Below, in pieces: positions 29,588 through 40,007 of a DNA stretch of 64,000 nt (the stretch's first letter is position 1; each line of letters opens with the position of its first letter). Origin of the DNA: a virus. The stretch lies in IMG/VR virus record IMGVR_UViG_3300035698_031678, positions 1 through 64,000 of that record; one strand, given 5' to 3'. The notes below the pieces were generated by a model. It worked only from the letters and a program-made list of their open reading frames with translations, searched no databases and had not been told where the DNA came from. The translations under genes were made by a program, and so were the position numbers.

Positions 29588-30080
29588 TTTGAATTCTAAA
29601 ACAAACCCTGGTTCTAGCGTGCAAAAGCTAGAACCAGTTTTAGAAATCTACACTGATGGCTCTTGTTGGAATAAAGGTAAAAACAAATCATATAATTTAT
29701 CCTGTTCTGTAGCTGTTTTTGTTCTAGACAACAAAATAATAGAAAAATTAGTAACCATAAGAAACCATACAACTAGTAATGTTGCCGAAATAGATGCCAT
29801 AATATTAGCTCTAGAGGTGGCTTGGGATTTAATGTACTTAAATGTAAAAATCTACACTGATTCTGAATATGCTATTAAAAGGCTGACGAGAGATATGGAT
29901 TCAGAAGTTAATTTTTCTAGTAAGTTAAAGTACGAAGGCTTTCATAACGCTATGGAAATAACTTTTCAGCATGTTAAAGGTCATAACGGTAATAAATACA
30001 ACGAAATAGCAGATAACCTCTGTAGGACTATTAGAAAAAAACACCAAAGTATAATAAAAGATTTGGATTATGAAGGGTAA
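29550..30080 (+). CDS. rnhA: Ribonuclease HI
   Basis: IYTDGSC, TSNVAE, IYTDSEY, HVKGHNGNKYNEIADNL. Confidence 0.92.
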   Translation: MSILPLTILLLDNLNSKTNPGSSVQKLEPVLEIYTDGSCWNKGKNKSYNLSCSVAVFVLDNKIIEKLVTIRNHTTSNVAEIDAIILALEVAWDLMYLNVKIYTDSEYAIKRLTRDMDSEVNFSSKLKYEGFHNAMEITFQHVKGHNGNKYNEIADNLCRTIRKKHQSIIKDLDYEG

Positions 30081-31947
30081 GCCTGAAGTAAATAATGTTT
30101 GGACAACAGCCAAAGTGCATGCTCTTTTAAAAGACTTTAACAGAACTGGAGTTATACCTGATCTCAATCCATTTTTTAAAAGAGACGTTAAAAGAAGAAA
30201 AGGTGGTTTAGTTTGGGAATACACTAGAGAGGAGATTTTAGAATTAGCAGCTTGCCAATCAAATGTGCTTAGATATGCAAAGCACTGTACAGTAATGACC
30301 GAAAAAGGTCTGCAAAAAATAGTATTAAGACCTTACCAGGTAGTAGTGCTTAAATTATTGCAGATTAACCCATTCTTTTTATATCTTGCTAGTAGACAAA
30401 TTGGTAAAAGTATAGTCATAGCAATATTCATTGGTTGGTTAACCACATTTTTTCCTGATACGCCCTGTCTTTTAGGTAGCGAAAACCATCATAAAGCTAA
30501 AGATTTAAAGAAGAAACTAGATGTCATGATATTTAGTATGCCCCTGTATATGCAAAATGGAGTGGAATATCATTCTACAATGAGAACAATTTGGGATAAT
30601 GGTAGCAGTGTAGTAAGTGAGGCAACCACAGAGAACTTTGGGGTTTCTGGTTCATACAAGGTTGTTTACGCTGATGAATTTGCATTACTGGAAGCATATC
30701 TACAAGACGCTATTATAACACACCTTACGCCAACCATGGACACATTTGGTGACGATGCTAGGTTTATAATAAGCACAACACCTAGAGGTAAAAAGAACAA
30801 GTTCGCAAGCATGTGGTTTGATTCTTTAGAAGGTTTAAACAAATTTGGAAACTTTACCACCAAGTGGTTTGAAATAGATGGAAGAGGTGCTAATTGGAGA
30901 AAAGATAAGGTCTCTTTAATGGGTGAAGATGGTTTTAGTCAAGAATACGACCTAAATTTTGATGTAGACAGTACTCTGCTGTTATTGCCAGAGATTCAAA
31001 AGGATATTACAGATAAAATAGAAAGCTATACTTATTACAAAAAAATAAGTATAGAAATATTAAAAAATTACATACTACCTGATAGAGAAAACAACGTATC
31101 TAACATAAACAAAAATGAGTTAGACGAAGAAGCTTTCTATGAAAAAATAAAACAAGACAAATTTGAAAATATATTTTGTGTAAAAGATGGATACAGCATA
31201 GACAACCTGGCTGACCCTTCTAGACAATTTGTCATATCTACTGACCTTGCAGAAGGAGTTGGCAAAGATTTTAATGAAGCCAACATTTTTGAAATTGTTT
31301 TATTAAATCTTAGTAAGGCTTCCCATGGTTCTTACACAGTTACAGATGAGACTTCTTTGTTTGGTTTAAAACAGGTTGCTTATATCAGGACTAATTTATT
31401 AGAAGTAGAAGACTTTGCAAAATTTTGTTATTATATTATTGCAGCTACGCAAAATCCTGACAATTATAGAATGGCTTTAGAGGTTAATTTTGAAGGAAAT
31501 ATGTTTATAAAGACATTGTTTGAGGTTAACGGTGAAAACAATGTTTTAGACCCAAGTACTATGATGGTTGAGTTTCCTTGGAACATGGAATTTGATGATG
31601 CTCTTACTTTTAAAATGGGTATAAAACAAACTAACAAAACAAAAGTTAGAGGTTCTAAGAAATCTAAGAAATTTATAGGAAATGGTAGAATAGAAATAAA
31701 TGATGATAAAACTGTGAGAGAGGCTTGCGGTTTTGGTAAAGATAAGAAAGGTAATTATAACGGTACTACTAGGAATGATGATTCATTTATGACCGTAGTA
31801 AATGTCTCTCATTATTTTGAAAGTGAGTACTTTGTTGATCAAGTAGAAGAATTAATTGAAGGTCTAGATGATGAGACTAAAATTTTCATAGATGAACTAG
31901 TACAAGGTGAGGATGAACTATTAACAAATTTTGGTGGGAATGCGTAA
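30070..31947 (+). CDS. terL: Terminase large subunit (T4 gp17-like)
   Basis: LRPYQ, SRQIGKS, YADEFA, STTPRG, FSQEY, DLAEGVGKD, RNDD. Confidence 0.93.
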   Translation: MKGKPEVNNVWTTAKVHALLKDFNRTGVIPDLNPFFKRDVKRRKGGLVWEYTREEILELAACQSNVLRYAKHCTVMTEKGLQKIVLRPYQVVVLKLLQINPFFLYLASRQIGKSIVIAIFIGWLTTFFPDTPCLLGSENHHKAKDLKKKLDVMIFSMPLYMQNGVEYHSTMRTIWDNGSSVVSEATTENFGVSGSYKVVYADEFALLEAYLQDAIITHLTPTMDTFGDDARFIISTTPRGKKNKFASMWFDSLEGLNKFGNFTTKWFEIDGRGANWRKDKVSLMGEDGFSQEYDLNFDVDSTLLLLPEIQKDITDKIESYTYYKKISIEILKNYILPDRENNVSNINKNELDEEAFYEKIKQDKFENIFCVKDGYSIDNLADPSRQFVISTDLAEGVGKDFNEANIFEIVLLNLSKASHGSYTVTDETSLFGLKQVAYIRTNLLEVEDFAKFCYYIIAATQNPDNYRMALEVNFEGNMFIKTLFEVNGENNVLDPSTMMVEFPWNMEFDDALTFKMGIKQTNKTKVRGSKKSKKFIGNGRIEINDDKTVREACGFGKDKKGNYNGTTRNDDSFMTVVNVSHYFESEYFVDQVEELIEGLDDETKIFIDELVQGEDELLTNFGGNA

Positions 31948-32596
31948 AAGATCTAAAGAAATAGAAAAGGGTATTAATTTACTAATGGAAAATTATAATT
32001 ACACCAGAGAAGAGGTAATTAGTATTTTTGATATGAATGAAATAGTTTCGATATTTGATTCGGAAACTTTAAAAGATAATAGCGTTCACCTGAACGTTAT
32101 AGAAGAAAACACAAAAACATATGCAGAAAAACAAGAATTTGACCTTGTTAAAAGCTTTATACTGAAAACCTGTAATGGTTGCCCAGCTTTCATTCATTAC
32201 TATAACATGTTGGGTAGTAACATTTATTACGTTAACAGAAAAGTGATGTATCAAGAGAAAAGATATAATGTTATTTGTTCTAACGGAAAGACTTTATACT
32301 TGACAGATAACAGTTGTATAAAAATAGTTTCTACTGATGAAGTTAAGGTTGTTATAGAAGATCTGAATTTTAAAGAAACTTATGAATTTGTTGTCTTGGT
32401 TTATCAACAGATGTTAGAGTTTAAACCTATTTCTCTAGTTAAGTTTGTCGCTATATTTGTAGACATATACGACCTCAATTACAAAAAACTAATTAGTTCC
32501 TTAAACCCAGAGATGAAAGACACACTGATGAAAGAAATAAAGAGTTTTACTACTAAAAATAATTTGGGTTACGACTTCGGTAGAGCAAAAATATGA
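31931..32596 (+). CDS. Hypothetical protein; C-terminus weakly resembles late coactivator gp33
   Basis: IFVDIYDLNYKKLISSLNPEMKDTLMKE helical pattern; true start may be ATG 31940. Confidence 0.35.
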   Translation: MVGMRKRSKEIEKGINLLMENYNYTREEVISIFDMNEIVSIFDSETLKDNSVHLNVIEENTKTYAEKQEFDLVKSFILKTCNGCPAFIHYYNMLGSNIYYVNRKVMYQEKRYNVICSNGKTLYLTDNSCIKIVSTDEVKVVIEDLNFKETYEFVVLVYQQMLEFKPISLVKFVAIFVDIYDLNYKKLISSLNPEMKDTLMKEIKSFTTKNNLGYDFGRAKI

Positions 32597-32658
32597 AACC
32601 AATTGATATCACATTCGTTAATTTAATTCAAAATATTGTCTAACTAAAAAATAAAACA

Positions 32659-32973
32659 ATGACTTACGAGGATTTAATTAGTAAAGTAGCAAAAACTACA
32701 GGAGGAACAAAGAAATCAACAAAAGAAACTATTGGTGTTTTTGTTCAATCATTAAATGATACGGTTACTACTGGTGACCAAATCTTGATTCCTAATTTTG
32801 GAAGAATTTCTGCAAAGAGACGTGCTGCACGTACTGGTAGTAACCCTTCTACTGGAGATCCAGTTGAGATTCCAGCAAAGTTTGTACCTCACATGAGTTT
32901 TGTGAGTAAGCTAAAAATGGCTGTAGCAACTATTCCTGTAACGGAAGATGAAGCTGTTGCTGAAGAAGCTTAA
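32659..32973 (+). CDS. hup: HU/IHF-family DNA-binding protein
   Basis: LISKVA, IPNFG, RAARTGSNPSTG..VEIPA. Confidence 0.95.
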   Translation: MTYEDLISKVAKTTGGTKKSTKETIGVFVQSLNDTVTTGDQILIPNFGRISAKRRAARTGSNPSTGDPVEIPAKFVPHMSFVSKLKMAVATIPVTEDEAVAEEA

Positions 32974-33001
32974 TTTGTATAAGTAAAATTTACAATAAAA
33001 C

Positions 33002-33032
33002 AAAAACCCCTGATTTAAGTTAGGGGTTTTTT
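33002..33032. terminator. Bidirectional intrinsic terminator
   Basis: AAAAACCCCTGA-tttaag-TTAGGGGTTTTT between convergent genes. Confidence 0.85.
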
Positions 33033-33427
33033 TATGCTTGGTTTTCTAGGTTTTTTATTCTAGTGTATTCTTGTTTCAATGTAGCCATTGCAGCTTCATC
33101 TTCTGTTGTAGCAAAACCCATGCTTTCGTCAAAATTTATCTTTCTTTGAACGTTATCAATTTTTTTAAATATATTGATAGAAGTCTCTACAAAAACTGGA
33201 TTAATCCTAATCAATTCACTGTCGTACAAAGTGTTGTCCGTTATAGATTTAGAATCCATTCCTATATGGGTGTAAGCTTTTTCAACAGTCATACTACCTA
33301 TAGAAACAATTTTCCTTCCTGAACCTTTAGGATAGTTTGGTGTAAAATTTATTACTCCTACTATAATACCATTTTCTATTTCAAAATTCATAATTTTATT
33401 TTTTCCAGATTCCAATATAGTTAACAA
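33032..33427 (-). CDS. Hypothetical protein
   Basis: 131-aa ORF ending at the terminator. Confidence 0.55.
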   Translation of the reverse strand: MLTILESGKNKIMNFEIENGIIVGVINFTPNYPKGSGRKIVSIGSMTVEKAYTHIGMDSKSITDNTLYDSELIRINPVFVETSINIFKKIDNVQRKINFDESMGFATTEDEAAMATLKQEYTRIKNLENQA

Positions 33428-35051
33428 AAGAAGGTATAGTTATATTACTTTCTGAATTAGCCATGTTTATTATAACTCTACCAATAGTATTATCAATTTG
33501 GTAACCACACCATAATAGATCAAATTCGTCTACGTTGCCTGCAAACCTGATCTTAGATATTGTGGGTAAAAACCCGATCAGGTGAGCTATTGTAAATCCT
33601 GTTGGTGGATAAGCGTAGTTGTAATTCTCTGTAAAGTTATCATCTTCTCTGTAATTTACCCCAGATGATCTGTTTGCCATTGCTACTCTACCAGTAGTGA
33701 CAGCTATTTCATCTAAAGTTATTCCAGGAAAGTTTACAGCTGATCCGTTAGGATGAACGCCTCTAGGTACAACTGAAGTGCCACTTCTGTATATACCTTC
33801 TATGAGAATTGGTTTGTTAAGTATGGCATTGTCTTCTGATTCAGCAGAACTGTAATCAGGCTTTAATTCTAATCTTGTTAATAAATCATCAGTAAGGTTG
33901 TTATCAGTTCTTACATAGTCTGGATCTTGAACAAAATCTAGATCTATTAGGTCTTGTTCCATCTCGTCTGCTAAAAAACCAGAATTTACAACACCATCTT
34001 GAATTATATAGTCTCCATTGGTATTAGCTAAGTTATCGCTAAAAATATTTCCATTGACTTGTAAATTTAAATTTACTACAAGACTTTGAGCGGTTGGATT
34101 TGACCCACTTTCAACGTAAAAATCTGTGTCGTCAGAATAAATTCTTAAAGCAGTTGAAAATAAAGATACTTGCTCTGCATTACTAACTAAAGTACTTCCA
34201 CTTCTTGTGTCAGAAAACACATGTCTAGCATAGTCCTTAGCAGTATTAAGGGTTAAACTATTTTCTCCATTTTGTATTTGAAAGAAACCATTATTGCTAT
34301 CCTGGTAGTACCTGAAATAGGTAGCACCATTAAGACTTTCTGCATCATGGCTGTCTCTATACTTGAATGTTAATTGAGAAAAATCTCTTGAGGTAGAACT
34401 TACAGCGCTCGTGCTAAGGTTACCACTATTATTGTTTTCAGTTTCTATTAAATTGGTTATGGTTAAAGTACCGTTTACAGGATCATTTTTCTTATGATCT
34501 CCTATGAATACTCTGTAATGGCTAACTATTCCATTTTCTTCTTCAAAAAAACCTAAGTTACCTTTGTCTTCGTTAGGACTATCATCCCATTCTTTTAAAG
34601 AACTGCTGGTGATACTATTGCTTACAACACTCTCTTGTTTTAGGTAAGTAGTCGCAGTAATGTTGTCAACTAAACTATATTGTAAAGAATATCTTAACAC
34701 ACTAGAAACTTCAATTATTTCATATACGTTACCATTTCTATCAATAACAAGGTCTGACTCTAGGTGTGAGGTATTTGTAACTATTTGGTTGTTAGCTAAG
34801 GAGTTGGTTGATGAAAATATGTTGTTACCTCTTTCTCCTCTATCACCAACTATACTAAGCCCAGGTAAGGCTTCTGGAAAAACGTAACCTGATAAAGATA
34901 TTTCGAATTTTTCAGCAAAGTGATTATATAATTGGTCAACGTTGTAGTTAAAACTTTCTACAATCGTATCAAAATTATACCCTTCGTTTATTTTCTTTAG
35001 AGTAAAACTTGGTAGGCTGGACAATTCCAGTGAGTTTAGACCATCATTCAT
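33396..35051 (-). CDS. Putative tail-fibre/baseplate-associated virion protein
   Basis: Short collagen-like GDRGERG; S/N/T-rich; C-terminal NYIGIW fibre-tip-like end. Confidence 0.45.
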   Translation of the reverse strand: MNDGLNSLELSSLPSFTLKKINEGYNFDTIVESFNYNVDQLYNHFAEKFEISLSGYVFPEALPGLSIVGDRGERGNNIFSSTNSLANNQIVTNTSHLESDLVIDRNGNVYEIIEVSSVLRYSLQYSLVDNITATTYLKQESVVSNSITSSSLKEWDDSPNEDKGNLGFFEEENGIVSHYRVFIGDHKKNDPVNGTLTITNLIETENNNSGNLSTSAVSSTSRDFSQLTFKYRDSHDAESLNGATYFRYYQDSNNGFFQIQNGENSLTLNTAKDYARHVFSDTRSGSTLVSNAEQVSLFSTALRIYSDDTDFYVESGSNPTAQSLVVNLNLQVNGNIFSDNLANTNGDYIIQDGVVNSGFLADEMEQDLIDLDFVQDPDYVRTDNNLTDDLLTRLELKPDYSSAESEDNAILNKPILIEGIYRSGTSVVPRGVHPNGSAVNFPGITLDEIAVTTGRVAMANRSSGVNYREDDNFTENYNYAYPPTGFTIAHLIGFLPTISKIRFAGNVDEFDLLWCGYQIDNTIGRVIINMANSESNITIPSFVNYIGIWKK

Positions 35052-38007
35052 CGTTAATATTGTTTGCTGTTTCTAAATTATGTATTTCTTCCAGCTCTGT
35101 CCAGTTTGCATTATATTGATCCCATTTTTTATCAAATAAAGACCAATAACTTTCTAATTTGTTACCAGAAAAACTCTTTAAATTTATTGTTTTTAGGGTG
35201 TATCTTCCAGAGAATTTTTTACCATCATTACTGATAGTCATTTTTTCTTGAGAACCATCTTGAACTAGTCCACCTAAAATAGTTTCGTAAATTACGTTTT
35301 CTTTATTTAAGTTAACAGATTCTTTAAAGAAAGAGTAGTTCATCATTTTTCTTAAATTACTTAGATAATTAAACCCACCTTCTATTTGATACCATGTCAA
35401 TGAAGACCATTGTACCAATTGAGATATTTGACCAAATGTTCTTTCCGCTAGTATTGGTATTCCACCTATCGCAGTTACGAAAATCTTACCATCTTCAGTA
35501 CCAATGGTGTTTTTACCTAGAACAATTTTTTTGTTTTTTCCTTGGTATCCAAAGTAGCCTTTCGTAGAAACGTATGTCTTGTTAACCACATCTATGCCTA
35601 TTATGTTTACATTACCAGAAACGTTAGGTGTTATAAATCTTGCAAGACTGTTGGTTATGCTAGTAACAATATTGTTTTCTTTTATCCTTAGACTTTTGAA
35701 TGGCATTAATATTCCTCTAAACAGAACTTGATCAGAAGTAATATTATTTGGATAAGAGTAATCATATTCTTCACCAAATATACTAGAAGTTGGTTCTGAT
35801 ATCTCACTACTAGAAATGTACATTAGAAGCTTATTAACTTTTTCTCTGTTCCACCTATAGTCTTTTGTAACGATATTCATTATTATCTTTACATTTTTTT
35901 CACTTTCATCAAATCTTATTTTGTATGGTATACCTTTATAATTTTCATCAGTGTTATCAGTGTTAGGTAATATATCTGTTGTTATCTCTAGGGTATAACC
36001 CACATACTTATTTGACAGCCTAAATTCTATGCCATTTAATACACACTTAGCTATGCCAAACCACCCTGTGAAAGTAGAGATTCCTGAATTAAACCATTCA
36101 TTTGTATTTGCAGAAATGTTTGGTAAGTCGTTTTTACCAATCTCTTTTTGGCTATACATTGGCAGAACATTTCCATCAACACCTGTGTTACCATAGCTGG
36201 CAAATTGTATTTCTTTGTTTTCTACTTTAGTGTTATATACTAATTCTTTAGAATAATTTTCTAGTGTCACATCTCCTATAAAATCCTGGTCTATAATAAT
36301 CCCTTTCCCTTTGAGAACTTTAAAAGATGTTGAGGTAGATTCAAATGTGTCTCCTGTGAAGTAAACAGCACCATTATTATCTATCTTACTATCTTGAGAA
36401 ATTAACTTATAAGTCCTTCCTACCACTAGTTCTATGGGGTATATCTCTTCAATGTCTTCGCTATCATAAACTACACCACCAATTTCTTCCACTTTACTGA
36501 TACTTTTGTAATCAAATATGTCGTGTACGTAGTAATTTATAGATTTTTTTTCTATGGTTGTTGTAAACTTACCAGAAAAATTATTTTTTTCTGTCATTAC
36601 GTAATCAAATTTACTAATGTTTTCGAAATCAATAACTCCATTAAAGTTATTTAGTTTTTCCAAATTACTAAAAACCTGTAATACCTTATATTGGTCTTCT
36701 AGAAGTAGGTCTTCCCCTTTTGATACAGTCCCCTTGGCAACGTTGAAAAAAGATTTGCCTTCAAAACTTTCTTCGTTCCTTTCTGTGGATTCTAATTTAT
36801 CACTAACAACTGTGATGACACCTTTAGCTCTACTACCACCTAAAAACAGTAGTCTGCCGTTATAATTTATAGCTTGTACGTTAGTCCTAACAAAAAATCT
36901 TTCATTCCAAGAACCACAAACAGAGTTTATTTGGTCGTTTAATGATCCTGTAGGATTTACTATTTTATCAAAATGATCTCCTTCATTGTAAACGTTACCA
37001 TTAGCAATATAATTGGGTAAGCTGTCAAAAATAAGTTCTTCTCTTACTGTTTCATATACTATAGTAATGCTATCGTTCTGTTGGAATTTTTCTTTTATAT
37101 TTAGTAGGTTTCTAACTTTTATGTTATTTACAGGCTTTATATTAAAAGATCTTCCAAGGTTATAGGTTATGTTAAGCTTATCTACGTTTGATTTATTTTC
37201 GTAAGAAATATTAGAAAAACTATCTTTGCCTTCCAGATGGGATAAGGGATGCTTGTTACTAATACCAAATTTTCCTGATATGTTATCACTGATTAATTGT
37301 AGTCTGTCACCTGGTATTTCTTCTGTTAGATTTAGTTTTCTAGTCCTTAACATTTGCTGAGGACTAAGAAAGCTTGAGAACAATATTTTATTAGTGAAAA
37401 ATATTTCCTCACCTTCTTCTAGTGAGTATGGTAATTCTATTGATATACAGTTAGTTAGTATCAAGTTCTTTCTGTACATCCTTTGAACAACATAATTATC
37501 TAAATCCTCTTCAGATCTTATATTAGAAGTACTTTTAATTATAGAACCTTTAAAAGTGTCAAAACAATCTATTTCTATTTGACCGTTTTCTTTATTTACC
37601 GTTATTGGGTTTGACACTGTTTTTTCAGCAGTCCTTTTAAGGTAAGCTCCAACATTTGTTGATTCAGAATAATCATAGATATTTTTAATAATGTATTTAC
37701 CTTCAATTTTCTTAGCGATTACTATTGTGTCAAATATTTTACCCTCTAACCAGAAGTTATATAAATTTTTATCTTCTGATCTTTTTTTAGTTACAATACC
37801 TTTACCACCCATAGTTTTTAAGTACTGTGAAAGGTCATTAAAGTAATTTGAAGAAGAAGTAATAGACATCTTAGCGTTCAAAGCGTTTATAGAAGATTTT
37901 TCTACAAATATTGGTTGTATAGTTGCTTCATTGTTGTTCTTAATAACAATTTTGACATTACCACTTAATTCTGATAGATGTTCCTTTAGTCTGTAGCTAT
38001 TGTTCAT
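35044..38007 (-). CDS. Large putative virion structural protein
   Basis: 987 aa, beta-rich, in a late operon. Confidence 0.45.
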   Translation of the reverse strand: MNNSYRLKEHLSELSGNVKIVIKNNNEATIQPIFVEKSSINALNAKMSITSSSNYFNDLSQYLKTMGGKGIVTKKRSEDKNLYNFWLEGKIFDTIVIAKKIEGKYIIKNIYDYSESTNVGAYLKRTAEKTVSNPITVNKENGQIEIDCFDTFKGSIIKSTSNIRSEEDLDNYVVQRMYRKNLILTNCISIELPYSLEEGEEIFFTNKILFSSFLSPQQMLRTRKLNLTEEIPGDRLQLISDNISGKFGISNKHPLSHLEGKDSFSNISYENKSNVDKLNITYNLGRSFNIKPVNNIKVRNLLNIKEKFQQNDSITIVYETVREELIFDSLPNYIANGNVYNEGDHFDKIVNPTGSLNDQINSVCGSWNERFFVRTNVQAINYNGRLLFLGGSRAKGVITVVSDKLESTERNEESFEGKSFFNVAKGTVSKGEDLLLEDQYKVLQVFSNLEKLNNFNGVIDFENISKFDYVMTEKNNFSGKFTTTIEKKSINYYVHDIFDYKSISKVEEIGGVVYDSEDIEEIYPIELVVGRTYKLISQDSKIDNNGAVYFTGDTFESTSTSFKVLKGKGIIIDQDFIGDVTLENYSKELVYNTKVENKEIQFASYGNTGVDGNVLPMYSQKEIGKNDLPNISANTNEWFNSGISTFTGWFGIAKCVLNGIEFRLSNKYVGYTLEITTDILPNTDNTDENYKGIPYKIRFDESEKNVKIIMNIVTKDYRWNREKVNKLLMYISSSEISEPTSSIFGEEYDYSYPNNITSDQVLFRGILMPFKSLRIKENNIVTSITNSLARFITPNVSGNVNIIGIDVVNKTYVSTKGYFGYQGKNKKIVLGKNTIGTEDGKIFVTAIGGIPILAERTFGQISQLVQWSSLTWYQIEGGFNYLSNLRKMMNYSFFKESVNLNKENVIYETILGGLVQDGSQEKMTISNDGKKFSGRYTLKTINLKSFSGNKLESYWSLFDKKWDQYNANWTELEEIHNLETANNINDE

Positions 38008-39959
38008 ACTATGAATTCTAATTCATTATCATTAATGCAAGTTAGTTCTATAGATGTGTTTTCTTGTAGAAGAAATCCTTTAACAAGGAATCCGTAAACA
38101 TCATCTTGAAACCTGGAATTTTTGTCTGTATAAATCTCTACATTAACGTTTTTGTCGAAATCTGGGTCTGCCTTGATTATTACGCTTTGACCTAACTCCC
38201 AATTAGCAGTATCGTCTAATAGTATCCTAACGGTGTTTGTAGAACCATCAGTTTTTCTTAATAACAGCATTTTCTTGCCAGTACCAATACTCGTTGTAAA
38301 GCTGCTCTCATTATCAGAATCAAGGGTAATTCTTTCTACTTGAGAATAATTGGTCTTTTTGTCAATCAACCTTAATATACCATTTTCATATTTTAAACCA
38401 GCGTTTGCGCCATTTCTTACTTGAAAATTGTTTTCTACTCTAATGGTAGTGTTTCCTGTAAGAATTTCTTGTAATCTAGAATATATGTCTTGGTACAGAT
38501 TAGAATTAACTCCATTACCATTGTCTGCTATAGCTTTAGCTAAATCCTCTACTTCTGATGTTAGTTTATTAACTTTCTCTTCTAATAATAACTCTTCATA
38601 GTTACTTTTTAACCCTAAAGAATTCTTTTCGAATATTCCTAACAATTCTCTTTGCTTAGAATACACTTCTGAAAATAAACCCATAGCAAAATGAGTTTCT
38701 GGATTAACTTCTGTTTCTATGGTAGTGTCTGAAGCGCCTTGTCTAGCACCTATCTTAAAGTTAAACTTGTAAGATTTTGAGTTTCCTTGTATGCTTAAAA
38801 ATCCATCGTTTTTGATTTTTCTGGTTCTATCTACGTAAGATATACCGCTAGTTGTTGACTCTACGTTTCCTAAGAAAGCTACTCCATAAAGGTTTGTTCT
38901 TTCTTCTAAAGTGGTAGTATCCTTTACTGTGTAATAGAGTAAACATACGTTGTATTGAAAAGATTTAGCTTCTATTGTTTTATTGTAATCTTCAAAGCTA
39001 TTAACTCTACCACTAAAATCTTCATAGTTTTCAAAGTCAAGGTCTAATCTAACCCCATCTAGTTTACTTCTGTAGATTTCTTTTTCACTGCTATCTTCAT
39101 TAACTCTAACGATATCTTCGTTAGTAACATCGTTAAATAATTCGTCTGTTATATAAACGTTTTCAGCAGCAATATTAGTCAACCAATTATCTATAGCGTT
39201 TCCATCAGAGTCTTCCGAATTATAATCTATCCCAGTGACATCTTTATCGTAGTGAGCCTGTATGCCAATACCTGTTTCTAGCTCGTCACCTTCTGTTTGA
39301 CCTAAAATATACTCTTTGTTGTCTCTTCTAGAAACTAACATGTTAGGCAAGTAGTTTTCAGTTTGTATAGATTTGAACTGAACCTTTGGTGTACTACCAC
39401 TTTCTGTTGGTACTAGTATGTATACCTCTTTGAAAGAATTTCTGTTTGTTATAGATGTGTTTTCTATTCCTATTGCACCAACATATTGCACCACTTTCTT
39501 GTATAGTGGTAATGAGTCTGATTCGTTTTTGTTTTCTTCTAATACTTTACCTCTACTATCTTTTCTATATCTTATACCGCCTACCTCTTTAAGCCATTTC
39601 CAGAATATGCTCTCTGTTGGTGTATGTAATTTGTCTTTAACGTAATCATCAGAATCTACTAATAAACTTTCAAAGTTCATCATATAGTTCTGTAAACTTT
39701 CGCTTAGGTCTTTCTTATCTTTAACAGCCCCGACACCGCTATTTTGGTTAGCAATTGACTTACCTTCGATCCTATCAAAGTCTACACTATTAGATTTATC
39801 GACTGAAACTCTAATGTCAGGTAAATTTAAAAGGGCAAAGTGAGAAAAGTTTACCTCTTTAGTTCCATCATTCTGGGCTAAAAAATCAAAATCTTCCAAA
39901 GAACTTTTAAAAGTTATTAATGATGTTCTGTCTACTAATTTTATAATTGGTGTACTCAT
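38004..39959 (-). CDS. Putative virion (baseplate-region) protein
   Basis: 651 aa; late-promoter motif upstream; divergent from the baseplate wedge gene. Confidence 0.45.
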   Translation of the reverse strand: MSTPIIKLVDRTSLITFKSSLEDFDFLAQNDGTKEVNFSHFALLNLPDIRVSVDKSNSVDFDRIEGKSIANQNSGVGAVKDKKDLSESLQNYMMNFESLLVDSDDYVKDKLHTPTESIFWKWLKEVGGIRYRKDSRGKVLEENKNESDSLPLYKKVVQYVGAIGIENTSITNRNSFKEVYILVPTESGSTPKVQFKSIQTENYLPNMLVSRRDNKEYILGQTEGDELETGIGIQAHYDKDVTGIDYNSEDSDGNAIDNWLTNIAAENVYITDELFNDVTNEDIVRVNEDSSEKEIYRSKLDGVRLDLDFENYEDFSGRVNSFEDYNKTIEAKSFQYNVCLLYYTVKDTTTLEERTNLYGVAFLGNVESTTSGISYVDRTRKIKNDGFLSIQGNSKSYKFNFKIGARQGASDTTIETEVNPETHFAMGLFSEVYSKQRELLGIFEKNSLGLKSNYEELLLEEKVNKLTSEVEDLAKAIADNGNGVNSNLYQDIYSRLQEILTGNTTIRVENNFQVRNGANAGLKYENGILRLIDKKTNYSQVERITLDSDNESSFTTSIGTGKKMLLLRKTDGSTNTVRILLDDTANWELGQSVIIKADPDFDKNVNVEIYTDKNSRFQDDVYGFLVKGFLLQENTSIELTCINDNELEFIV

Positions 39960-39968
39960 CTGTTGTTA

Positions 39969-39995
39969 TAATAAATATAAGGAATCCTATTTATT
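39969..39995. promoter_or_regulatory. Pair of opposed late-promoter motifs (+ TAATAAATA 39969-39977; - AATAAATA 39988-39995)
   Basis: One motif on each strand in the 48-bp gap between divergent structural genes. Confidence 0.55.
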
Positions 39996-40007
39996 TTTTC
40001 TAAGATT

